Source of the DNA: Phoronis australis
Taxonomy: Eukaryota > Animalia > Phoronida
Direction: 5' to 3'
Length of the DNA stretch: 64,000 nt
Assembly: GCA_002633005.1 (NCBI GenBank)
Contig: NMRA01000049.1
Span: forward strand, 304,337-368,336
The notes below the pieces were generated by a model. That model made no database searches and was not told the origin of the DNA. It was given only the letters and a program-made list of their open reading frames with translations. The translations under genes and the position numbers were made by a program. This document shows positions 11,799 through 24,400 of the stretch, one piece after another. The number at the start of each line of letters is the position of its first letter. The first letter of the stretch is position 1.

Positions 11799-14700
11799 GT
11801 AAGATTTGGTCTCGGTTACGCACTAATATTTCAGAAATTCCTGAAGGATGCTGATTTAAAAACGAAACGTTTACCATTAAATCTGAATATGCTTTTATTA
11901 ACCCTCGCGTTAGCTTATTGAAAAAACTTCTCCCGTTTCATGTTGGTTGATAAATGATTTGTAAAGCAAACCGTTGAGTCAAATGTTATTCCACGAACGA
12001 AGTTTTTTGTTTCAAAATGTGTGTCGTGAAAAATTAGGTATTCGTTTTCAAAAATGTCCTTTTGATGTGAGTAGTGACTGAATTTACAGCTACATTACGG
12101 AGACTATATTAAACAATAAAATGTTATTGCATTATAAAATATGTGTGCTAGGCTAATTAAATTTAAACTTGCCTCTCAATTCCTTAAAATCAAATACGTT
12201 CTTGTGTTCCCTTAACATTAAAAGAAATTACCGCCGATCGTTAAATAAATATTTTGATATTTTACTTCATGATAACTCATCATTAAGTCTCGATCTCAAG
12301 GGGAATCGTAGAATTAGCGGATTAATGTCAAGGACGAAACTGTAGGCAAATTTCTGTATAAAAGCTTGTTTATTATGAAGCGCTAAAAACGTTCGTAAAA
12401 GAGTACATTTCTGTTCGTAAAAAAGTGTTTTATTCAACGCGCAGAATAGGGTAATCTCCGCCTAAAAATGACCATTGATGTTGAAGTAAGCGAACCCACA
12501 TCAGAGTTCGTAGTCATATTTTCCAGTCAAACTTGTGCGTGTAAGTTTAAGGCATCTAAGTTTGTTGCCTATTTCTATCATGCTAGTATGTTACTGGAGG
12601 CGCTATTGTCTTCGTGAGGAGCAAGTAATAATATACATAAGAATTCAATTAATTTTGACTTCATCTGCTCAAGGATGGCTTTCAATATTGAACGATTGCG
12701 GAAACAGCACAGACACTATATCACAAATGTTCGCTTGATGACTTGATAACCCTAGTAATGGACTTTAATACTAACCCTGCAACTTTTAAGCCTATAGATC
12801 GATGTCCGAGGCACTTAATTGAACCATGCCCTTACATAATGTAAGTCCATGTTATAGCTAGGATTCTGGGAAGCTTTCCTATTCCTACGCCTGTTGTCTT
12901 TGATTGGACATAATTTAGTTATCGTACTGAAATAAAAGTACGCGCACCGATTATAGGTAAGGGTACCGTAACGTCCTTATTCTTCGTCAAATGACCATTT
13001 CTCACATGACCTGGAATGTGTTAGGACACGACTGGTTAATAAATGTAGATTATTACATGGCGAAGTCGTTATCCCCCGTTATCTAGAGCCCGAGTGGATT
13101 TTGGAGTATTATCGGCCGAGGGGCGTTTACCCCGACGGTGATGATTCTTCGAAATCCACGAGGGCTCTAGATAACGGGGGTTACGACTGAGAACATGTAA
13201 TAATCTATTTATACCACATCCTGAACGAGAAACATTGCAATGAATCGATCTACCTTTCTCGACTCGCCTCGGCTTTGTAACTACTTTCTATGTCAGAGGC
13301 CCGGGTCGGAGGTCGTGAACTTTTAGGAAAAGCCGAGCTATTTTTGTCTAATAATGCTTTTACTCAAAACCAATTGAAAATTTAAGCAAAATAGAAATAA
13401 ATTGAATCTATAAATTAAGGTTTAGCAGCTATTATAGCTTACTACACATTTCATCACGCTAAGCTTCAACCGGGAAAATATCGTCTGCTAAAGTAGGTTA
13501 CCACTAGTAACTGAGTATAATGCTCAAGTCAAAGGATCCTAACGATCAGTGCTGTAGTGGGGCGTAGGCGCATGTTGGCGCGGCCAACCACCTTTTGGCA
13601 TTTGAACGCAGCGCCTACGCACCGTAAGTTATGTTCAGTGCTCAAGGTGATACGGTGGGCTTTGGGCGTCTACTTGCCTCTAATTTTACCACTGCAGCAC
13701 TACCAACGACACGATACCCGCATTCAAATTGGAGATCGGTGATTTACAAGTGAGAGAACACGAAAGAAAATTTTCACTGAATTAAAATATCTTTTATAAA
13801 AATTATACGTCTTATTTTTCGTAGCGTATAATGTCGGCACATTGCCCTTTGCTGAACATGCGATTGTTCCGCGTGCACAGTAAGTATTCTTTTTTCACGT
13901 TCGATGACGTCAGCCGCTGCGTGGTGTAGTGGAAAAGTCGGTGACTCGAAACTCTTGAGGCCCGGGTTCGAAACCGGCCTCGGTTTCCCGCCAAGATGTT
14001 ATCTCACTAGTGGGATAACTAAGTGGGTTATTACACGGTTGTACATGTATTTGTCATTGGACGCTAACATTGTGGTATAACACGGATTACGTATTTTTGA
14101 TATTACAAGGGCGAATCACAAAGTAGTGCAAACATTTTATCGTCGTAAAACCCTGATACCTGAACAACCAACCGTGTACCAACCCGGCAAATAATATGCC
14201 GGAATTCCGTGAAGGTGACAAGGTTATTATTGTCAAATCGAGTGTCGCAACTGTACGTACTCCCAGTAGGAAGGACACGCAAACATCTTACTAAACGGAC
14301 CCATTCGGCGCGCGGAGAAGCGCTGCTGACTGTTATTTATTTATAAACACTTAAGTTATAATATTACAACTTCAAAGACTGTTCATTAGGTTATAACTTG
14401 AACATTTGTTACGAAAGCTGAATTCAATTTACAATTGTTAAGTTTAAAAATAAAAGCTATTTACAAAATGTAATTGAGTAAGCGTGTTTTTACAAAGTTG
14501 CGTCATGGGGTTGAAAGTTTTAGACACGTCGAATTTTTCGGCGAAAAAGATCGTTTTTACTGTTCATGTGAGAAAACAAAATCTGCACTCCTCTCAGGTT
14601 TATGACATGAGCAAAACCTCTTGCACGGCAAGCATCGAGATTTTGACTAAATTTCCAAGAGGTTTTGCCCATGTCATAAACCTGAGACGAGTGAGGGATT

Positions 14701-17700
14701 CTCTTTTGCTATGCGCATTAAAATAACCAATTCTTCGTGCTGAATAAGCATATTAACGCGCATAAAGGTACGCGTTTAAGAGTTGTTTGGCGCTTCACAA
14801 CGGCGCAATCAGCCTAAAATATAAGGGAGAGGGCTCAAATATTTGGTTATGCGGACCTTTTACTGAAAGAAATCACCAAGGACTAGAAAAAAAAACGGAA
14901 CCACAAGGTTAAGGCCTAGGAATTGTGCATCCGCACCGACTTCCTGTGGATTTTGATTTTGTGAACTTTAGTCTCGTTTACTCGGACTTTTTGTTTCACT
15001 GAGGCGGACCTTTTTGCACAATTCGACAAATTGGGGGGCTCGTTTGAGCCCCCCCCCTGGTGCGCCCATGCTTCATCAACTAAGTGATAAGTCATAAAGC
15101 CTTTCGGTCCGTTAAGATGTGTCTACTCGACGCGCAAAAGGTTCATTTGCTCGTTTAAGAACCCTGTGGCGCTTCGTAGTTTCTTTCCTTCTGCATGACG
15201 ATGCCGTCCTAAACAAAACCACCTGAAATTGAAGCTAACTGAGAGCGTTCAAACTTTAAACGCGGTTTTCCCTCTCTGCTTGTGAGTCGTTGCATTACTT
15301 AATTTCCAGTCACCATTTTCGCATGTACTGGTCTCCTCTGTTAAACACACTACACTATGAGTAAAAAAAGTTGAAACATCGATAAGCTCTGCGTTAGACG
15401 ATGCAGTTGCATAATACTTCTGACTGGGTACATGATGCTTGTACTAATTTCATTTGGTTATCGAAAATTAAAGGAATTTTCAAGTTTAGCTGTACCCCTA
15501 CCACCTTCTAAATTGGGGCACGGCATGTGAACCATTTTGACGGCTGCAAACCAGGGTTAATAAATCAATTTTCTTGTAGTAAACTGCTTGAGCTTCCTCA
15601 TTGAGTTAATTTGACGATAGTCAAACAGGCCATTACACCGATTCAAGGTGCCACGTCGGTCTTTAATTGCCAGCTAATCTTGTTTCCACTGCTTCGTGTA
15701 CGACCTCCCATAAGGTTTTATGCTTGGAAATAACGTCCTAGTAACACCCCAAAGCTTTTCGGTAACATTAACTTCGCAAATACATCATCGTAACGAAGAT
15801 TATAAATCGAAAATAGTTCCACCAAGGCAACTCAATAAACAAGTAAACAGTTTTGTGATAAAAACATTCAAAATACACCTCTAGCATCGGTATGATCATT
15901 TCCTTTCATCCATTTACATTGATAATGCTCGTGCCCACTAATGCAAAAGGTCGGCATAAGCGTATGAGACATACCCTGAATGCACAAGACATCTCGTGAG
16001 TGCACGAGACGTACCCTAGTGCAGTCGAAAGTTCGAGGGAGAATTATTTACTTTGGGTCTATGCACTTGGGCAAGGGCGTCTGCAAGCATGGCGAAATAT
16101 TTGTAAAATGCTCCTAACTACTCATGGGCGGGCGCACCGTAGGGGGCTGGGAGGGCTATAGCTTCCCACAGTGCGCTTTTTGCTTTGTGTTTGGTGCAGA
16201 CGTCAACCTATAAATGTGTGTAGATTTTTACACTTGCCGGATCATCAACTAAGTTACAACATCCGGCCTGGCACATAACACGGCCGCGACCTATATTGCA
16301 TTAACTGGGCCCCACAACCAGGCGATTGCGTCGCCGAAAGTACTTTTGAGAATAAAATTCTCTGCATATGAAGCAACATAATGTGCTTATTAGACCAGTG
16401 GAGATTGTTGAAGAAGTTTATTTTTACGAGAAACGTATTTTGCGGCTGACCTGTTTTGTGTACTCGAACTTATTTCCGTGAATTGAAACTTTGCATGCGC
16501 GTACATCGGAAAAAGTAACTGAGACTCTGTTGGTCAATGCGGAATGTCATGGAACGGCGTGTGCGAACGAACGTTTTCTTCCAAACCTCCTCGCCCTCGA
16601 ATAGTCCAGCAAATTTCGATGTCTTCTAAGAGGTGGCCAACAGAAGCTAAATCAAGACATAGGCCTACGTAGAATGTTAAGGAGGTGCCACGTAGGATAG
16701 TGCTTCTCTAGTGTTGACCAACAGTTCAAACCTCGACCGTGCTGAGCCAAGAGAATACAGTAATTGGCAAGGCCCAAACGCCACGTTCATGTTTTCTTGA
16801 ACTTGGTTGGGTTAGTGGCAGCGTTAGACGCAATCGCGTCGCCATATTGTTTGCCAATCTTCCAAATGCACTACTCAGCCAACCCAGACCATAGAATTCT
16901 CGCCCTGGAATGTGACCCTCACGGAAGCTTTCGTGCGGCTCGTGAGCGAAAAAGTTTGGGTACTCTGAAATTCAGGAATACACTAATGTTACTAGACTAA
17001 CTCACTCCGTGTTGTTGTTTTCGTCATATTGCACCACCTGTCATTTCACTGAAATAACACCAAAATATTATAGTCCAGCTTCCTCAGTAGTATGTCTTTG
17101 TTTACACTAACTTCATCTCCATTTTTAAACAATTTTTGACGACTGAAGGTTAATTGACTTCAAAGTGCTTTTCATGTATATTCAGAATATAGCACGTGTA
17201 GACCTACCACGTCGAACTGACTATCGTAAAAGGCAAAAAGCTTACGTTACGATGATTTAAATCGTTGATGTATCAGTCACAGTATATTTTTAACCACTTC
17301 AGTCTATAATCTATGCAAAATAAGTTAGCAGCGTCCCTATACTGTACGTGTGCTCTGAACGTAGTGTGGGTCCGTGTATAGAGCGAAGGCGAGTCTTTTG
17401 AACGTCCACATGCACAAAGTTGATTGTCGATGTTTATTTCCCGCTGACTTACTTATAAAAACAAATTTCATCGTTTTGCAGTTGCCGTGGTTGTCGCCTT
17501 CTTTGTCTGCTGGGCTCCCTATCACGCTCAGAGGCTCATGTCCATTTACGTGAAGGAGTGGACATCGCTTTTAGATAATATAGTCACCGTGCTTTACGAT
17601 GTGTCGGGTAAGCTGTTTATTTCACTACGTCTGTTTAATTTAACGTGGGCATCCTAAATTGCAGTGAAAAACTGTCCACAATAGAAATACATTCATAGTT

Positions 17701-18868
17701 ATCTAAAAAAATGAAAACACGTGCTCTGTCCTCTAGCGGGTTAAAAAAACATGCGGCGATGCAGCTTTTTATATATTTAGCTTCTCACGAAATTTATGGC
17801 TCAACTGAAAGCAGCTCCTTTACTTCAAAATTTTTAGCATTTTTCTTGTATAAGGAGCAATCGGTTTAACAATGGCGTAAGGCGAATGGAGCTATTTATT
17901 CTTGTGTTAAGCCGTTGCATTTACTGGTTAAGGAAATATTTAATTTAATTTCTTGATTGTTTCCACGTACTAAGGGTTTATCAGTTTTTTGTTTTACGAT
18001 AACAAGACGAGGAAGCAACTGAAATGCTCTTGTCTTCACAAGCCGGACGTCGCAAAACGTCAATTTGTCACAAAGAAATCATGCAACAGTCTATATGCTA
18101 AGTTTGTGTGGCATATCAATTAATTAATTTCGAAAATGACATACAGATAGGAAGTCCCTAATCAACCGTGTATCATGGAAGCCGACCATTAAGCAAACAA
18201 AATCTAGTTTCGTTATCGTAACCTCAAAACATACGACAGTTTTAAATTGGTTTTCATGACAACTCGACCTCATTGTTTCAGGTGTTACGTACCTAATAAG
18301 CTCGACAGTAAATCCCATTCTTTACAATTTGATGTCACGCAAGTACCGGAAGGCCTTCAAAGACACTATCTGCAGATGTTGTTATAAAAGTTTGCGCGCA
18401 CCAAATTCGTACAGGTTTCGTCTCTCGGACAGGTCATCGCACCTCACAAACTCTACAATACTGCGCAACCATTCAGGCGAAAACAGCCCAGCGTTGCCCG
18501 GACAACGACATTGGAATCCCCGTTTGTCCAAACGCAGTTCTGGTAATCATTCGTCTTTAATAATTGACAAAACGCACATGATCAATGGGCAGCCAAATAG
18601 CCCGCCGTACCAATACGACGGAGTTTCCAAAAAGTCGTTGACTTTGCAAAAACTCGAAAGCAAGGATAGCATCGACAGTAACATTTTCCTTGAGCTGCAA
18701 TCGGAATATAAAGAGCGTTCGAACAACAAAGACGCCAGTCGACATAAAAACCGGGAGAGTGCAACTTCTCAGCAGATGCTACTCAGAACGGACAACAACG
18801 AAAATCAAATTCCTGAAAGTCCAATGAGTGATGACGTGTTTCCGGAGGAAAATGAAGAGTCGTTGTAA
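11268..18868 (+). CDS. Class A neuropeptide GPCR, neuromedin U / pyrokinin (PRXamide) receptor-like; 5'-partial gene, join(11268..11798,17482..17607,18282..18868)
   Basis: Spliced translation gives (G)QTLEFFSLWQSYPF..C..E..TITAFTIERFVAICHP (TM3), FITPMVVITLLYALIG (TM5), VVRML/VAVVVAFFVCWAPYHAQRL (TM6) and SG/VTYLISSTVNPILYNLMSRKYRKAF (TM7, helix 8). Both introns are GT-AG, phase 1. The motifs are typical of NMUR/PK/CAPA receptors. Confidence 0.93.
13046..13207. repeat. ~160-bp imperfect palindrome/hairpin, probably part of a non-autonomous DNA element extending to gtggtataa at ~14080
   Basis: tagattattacatg..cccccgttatctagagccc..gtggattt pairs with aaatccac..gggctctagataacggggg..catgtaataatcta. 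Confidence 0.8.
13913..13985 (+). pseudogene. tRNA-like (Pol III A/B box) degenerate sequence
   Basis: A box tggtgtagtgg, B box ggttcgaaacc; acceptor and anticodon stems pair poorly. Confidence 0.5.
14798..15070. mobile_element. MITE family A, copy 3
   Basis: Same internal sequence, degenerate left TIR; TSD cttca / cttca. Confidence 0.78.
17482..17607 (+). CDS. GPCR exon, TM6/ECL3
   Basis: Acceptor ttttgcag|TT; donor TCGG|gtaag; 126 nt, phase 1-1; VAVVVAFFVCWAPYHAQRLMSIYV. Confidence 0.92.
18282..18868 (+). CDS. GPCR last coding exon, TM7 and long Ser-rich C-tail
   Basis: Acceptor tgtttcag|GT; NPILY motif; CRCC after helix 8; stop TAA at 18866-18868. Confidence 0.92.
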
Positions 18869-21189
18869 TGGAAAACCATTTGTAAATAAGTGTTTTTGTT
18901 GTAGGAGGCCTAGGCGCTAAGTCGAATCGTGCAGAAAGCATTTATAGAAGCTCTAAAAGCCTAATAGACAACCATTTAGTTTTACAATTTGGAAAACACT
19001 TTCCTACCGTAATGGAATTTCTAACAGTTTAAATAGCATTTCCTATTGTTTCAATGCACACAAAATCAAATTCAAAACAAGGACACCTACCGTCGCAAAA
19101 ATCAGAAAATCACTAGGTATAACAAGTGAAACAAGGCACATTCCTATATAAGTGCCCACATTCAGATTAATTGTGGGTCACATATCACACGAACGTCCTG
19201 GTGCTTTTCTCAATCTATTTTGGTGTCAAAATACGAATCTTTTATTGTCATCACCTATGAATATCTCCAGTGTCAAATGAAACTCTGAAAATCGAGTCTA
19301 GTGTGATACATTTTCTTACTTAATTTTTTTTACCTTAGCTATTGATTTAAAATTTGTAAATACTTAATTTCCGGCGCGTTGCATGGAAAGGATTTGACAG
19401 CCCTGTAACTGAGGAAGCCTCCTGTATCTTACATATCAAATTAGGCCTACGTCAGCGTCGACATATTTTCTTTTCCACGAATCAATGTGCATCGCGCAAT
19501 TCAAGATTGACGTTGTTGTTTAGGTTACAGGCCTGTTGCTGAGGAAATGTGAACAGGTGTGGCTCCTGTAGATGGGTGAATCTCTTAAAAACCCCAAGCT
19601 TTCGAGATATATTGCCATGCACTACAAAGGAAGCACGTGATCACACCAGCTTCCTTCTTGAGATTCTTCCGTCTATTGCGGAACTCCACCTACGCACAGA
19701 GCTTTTGTTTGTTCCTTCCTCGTTAGCTGTTTTGTGAAACTTCAGACGAACTGTAAACTTGACATACTGAAAGGCCTGCATGTAATTGGCGAACGTGTTC
19801 ATAATTAGTCGCAAGCACTCTAACTGCCCGCTTTGAATGACGTTAACGAATTAATTAGTAAAAATAAAAAAATTCGAAAAGGTATTGAGCGTTTCGTTTA
19901 GCACTGATGTTCAATAAATATCGTTGGAGTCGATTAATTGCTAGTGATAAAAAGGTATTCGTGCCAGCACCAAGGCAGCTAATGAAGATGGCGGGTCACA
20001 TTGCAAATACAACTGATCACAGGATGGTGAGCCCAACATTGAGATAAAACAGGCCAGTTAGCACAGTAAAAATCGTATCGTACACGCTGCTTCGCGACAA
20101 CTCAGTCTACAATAAAATCACAAGTTGTAGAGAAATTTCTAACATGTTTTATCGAAAGACGTCTTTGTCGTCGTACGTGCTTAAAACCACTATTTGCTTT
20201 TGTTGACAAGTGACTACGTAGTGAGTATGAGCATTCCGGTTTCCCAAAAATGAGATAACAAAACAAAAGTAACTTCGATATTTACATAGTTCCTCTACTC
20301 CACGGGCATGGGTGACGTACCCAGGGCCAGTATGTCACGTCTAACACCCGTATTTCTTGCACAAACTTGGGGGCCATATCCGGGCCATATCCGTGCTTCT
20401 CCGAGATCTCGCGGGACACAGTGTCAGTGGTCAAATACTAAGTTGTCACAACCACCAGAAACGCAACGCCTCGACATTCATTGTTATACCATAAACCACG
20501 GGAAAACGAACATCATTATCTGGCGGCTTTTCACACTAAACACAATGGAACGTGACTAAGTGGTTCGACTGGTAGTTCCGATTTTACATTTCGACCAATA
20601 AATAATCGTACCTCCAGTCGAGATCTGCTAATTAACATATTCAAGGGGAGGAATCAACAATTGGTCGGACTTCAAAACCACTTGCTCGCCGGAGTAATTC
20701 AAAACCAGTCGGCTGGACTGCAAAACCAAATGGCCGGGGATCAAACGTGTTGTCTGGACTTCAAAACGCGATGGCCTCATCAAAAAAAAAAAAAAAAAAA
20801 CTAGTTGGCTACAACCAGTTGGCCGGTGATCAAACACGACAACTTCCTCCGAGTCTCGATTTGAATGTTTCGAAAGATTCAACTGACATTGTTTATTTTT
20901 CTCACCCGTTTTGTTTGTTTTGCTCAAAATCGGCGATTTGTTCGGCCACTGTGTTTGTGCACCTGCCAACCCGTTTTAGTTTCGGGCAACCAGTTTTTTG
21001 GGTGCGCCGGGCCATCTGGTTTTGAGGTACCGGACAACCCTTTTCGTCATGGTCCGAACAAGTGAAGAATACTGGCCATTCGGTTTTTCAGCCCAGCCAG
21101 CTGGTCACCACCCTGTCCAACCGTCTACGCGAGCTACCGCATTCATCACTCGGAAAGCAAGCTTCTGCTGGGCAATCTTGCCCCCAAGC

Positions 21190-21433
21190 CATGCGTGCAC
21201 CCAACCTAAAATATAGGGGGCTCGAATTTTTCAGTTTGTGAAAACTTTTTACTAAAAAAAAACGGGGTACCACGTTCAGACCTATAAATTGTGCATTCAC
21301 GCCGAATTCATGCGGATTTGTGTCTTATCTCGTTGTCTTGGTCTTTTTGTTTCTCTCAGGCGGACCTTTTTGCCCACTTCGCCCAATGGGCTCTGTTGAA
21401 CGAGCTCCCCGAGCCCCCTCCCCGCCGTGCATG
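21190..21433. mobile_element. MITE family A, copy 4
   Basis: catgcgtgcacccaac ... gtgcatg; flanks caagc / caagt. Confidence 0.78.
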
Positions 21434-24400
21434 CAAGTGAACACCTTTGTGAACACCTTTTGTGACTTCATTGTTACCATCTACGACCTGATCGACGAAG
21501 ACAACGCAAAAACGAATTTGTGGCCGATGAGTCCTACAGAAATGAGATAGAAAATGCTATAGCTCGGTTCAAGTCTCATAACATTCATTGCTGTGACACG
21601 ATCCCACGACGAACAAGAACACCGAAACCATCAGCCATACCGTGAATAATACGCTTACAAGGAAGTCATGCATTGCTAAAGATATGCGGGAATTTTCACT
21701 TCTCGTCCTTCTGAGCGGCTTTTACCAGGATCTAAGAGAGCGCGGTGCCGGAGTCAGGTACAGTTGTGATGACCGCACTGCCCGATGCGAGCAAGTCTTG
21801 AGACCCAATTAAGTGTAATTATCCGACCATAAACTGTATTGAAACATCTCTAACTGTACGTAATGACGAATTTTCAAAATGCATTAACCACTCATTTTCG
21901 TTAAAAACGAACACCACAGCGGTATTCATCTCTGGAAAAAAACAACCAAGTGCGGTTTTCGATTTTAAAAATCGATGAACTTACCATTGGGTACGATTGA
22001 AGATAAACTACCGCGCGTATTGATATACTCGGTGGATATACAAACGCTGATCAGAGTTAACAATATCACATGGATTCATTTTTTAATATTCTTTCAATCT
22101 CGTTTAACCAGATTTTTGACCAGGAAACAGTTGTACCTAACTTATACCCACTTTTATTATTTTATTGAATAGTTATATAGTCATTGCCACCGAAATTGTC
22201 CAGAGATTCCAAATCTTCTGTTTGGTTATCACCATATTTGCACTTTTGATATATTTTATGATTTGAGATCCAATAAAGATTTAACTTTAATGACACGTGA
22301 AATGTTTAGTGTACCTGTAATGTAGAAAGTTCAGGTACGGGCTCACAATGAACTTAACTAATTAAGTTTCGATGGCGATCAAAATCTACCTCTGTTTTTG
22401 TACTTCAAGTTTAAAACATAGATAAAAAGTTATCAACCCGTTCACGGAAAGAAAAAAAAACAAGTGGGCTGAAGCGTTAAAAATTAAATAACGGAAACCA
22501 AAATGAAATATATCGTTCCTTTGGGAAGCGACCCTTTGTGAAGATAAACACAAGTTAACCTTTTTAGTCATTTTGTAATATTTATAATGTACCAAGTTAA
22601 AACCACTCGCCAGAGATGCAGGCTGTAACTCTGCAAATGTCAGAGATAACCAACTTGGGGGTACTAACAACAACCATTGTTGAGACAGTAATGCTAGCTA
22701 TTACCTTTCCTCTTCATTAGCTCAGATCTACATCAATACAAAGGGCGTGCTGAATAGGCATCGTAAAAATTGCCTGGGGCAAAAGGGAATCTGAGCGGTG
22801 ACCAGTGTGGGCGAGAAATTCTCCACATGGTGATTCGAAAATTGCTTATATACGCACTGCCTGTGAGTTGAGTTGCCCGGCGACTCATACACCGTGTCAC
22901 GTCTAAAAAGGAAAGCAACAGATTGCCGTTTTTATGTTACCTTTACCAACGAACCTGTGTTATTTTGTATAGTCAACGTTTTGCTTAATTATTACTCCCT
23001 GGCATGTAGGCCTATTTATTATTCACGCAATAAAAGGAAGTGACGTAAACGTTCGAAAGGAAGGCCCGCATCTTACTGTTTACCACTCAGTAAACTCGAA
23101 TAACCGTAACAAGACTGCTTTTAAAAGCAATGAATCAGTGCAGAACCGGATGCGTCGCTTTTGTTGGGCCGTTTACGTCACCGTCGCATGGAACAATATG
23201 GGAACTGTACTTAAAGCCGGAAGTCTTTCTAAGATAACCAAGGAGATGCATTTTTACTAAATGTAAATTAACGCACAACTGATTTTCCCTTGCTCCTGGT
23301 TCAGCGATCGACTTACAGTCGACGGGTATCTCGATGAAGCAACAGGCCTTGAGGTCATTTTCTGTGAATTGCCTGTATACTAGCCGGGCTGCGTCGGAGG
23401 AGTTTTCACGCATGCGCAAACAGCTTGTTTACGGATTTCTGCTGATGAATGATCGTCTTAGTGCAATGAATTCTAAAATTCGGCTATTTTATGTCTGGTC
23501 GGGGAATGACAACGAGTGCGGATATGTCTTGCGTTCTCATATTGTGGTCATGAAGAGAGGGCACAAAAGTCTAGTGAAACTCCAAACAACACTGGAATTC
23601 GGTTACACCATATATTTAATGACGCACAAATCTCAGTTATCCCTGCAAGTAGAATGACCTGCAGAGTCGTACCAAAAATATACTATTCAATGGCAATTGC
23701 ATTATGCAAGTCGTAACAGTGTAAAATATAACAATGTCATAACACAGCGAAATTAAGCTCTAACCAGAAATGTACCCGTCCCGACTACGTCGAGGAATAG
23801 ACAATTGGACATGCACGAAGATGAAACACGATCAACAAGGTACAACTGAAAACTTAGGTTATTTTTTACCCGCGATGTGATCTCAGGTAAGATAGCCTTC
23901 AAATACAACAGTGCACATACTAGAGGCTCGGCCACATTTTCAAGAAATAACATAATATCGTCACCTTAAAGAAGACGTTTTAAAAGGACTTGCAACAGCG
24001 AAATTTTGTACCTGCAAGTTTTATAATTTAGCCAACAATAATATGCCAAAGTTAGGAACGTATTTTTGGGCATAAACACGCCAGTGACAAACAATGCTTC
24101 GTGGGTTATCAGTTCATACAGATAATGACAAGAAGCCGATAAGGCGATAGATCTCTAGCCCTGGAATGCTAACTCCCGCACGTGACCTTCGTATTCCATT
24201 ATTAGAGCTTGGAACGGGAAGCCTAGTCGCGAGAGTTTGCACTGTGAATTTCCGGCTGTCTGCTCGACTGAGTTTTTATCGAGTGTTGTATACTTATCAA
24301 ATCAAGCCTAATTTCATTGCTTCATTCTCATTTTGCTAGAGTTCGCTGGACACACCAATGAACACAAGCTGGTATATAATTACAAAAAAATAATGCTAAA

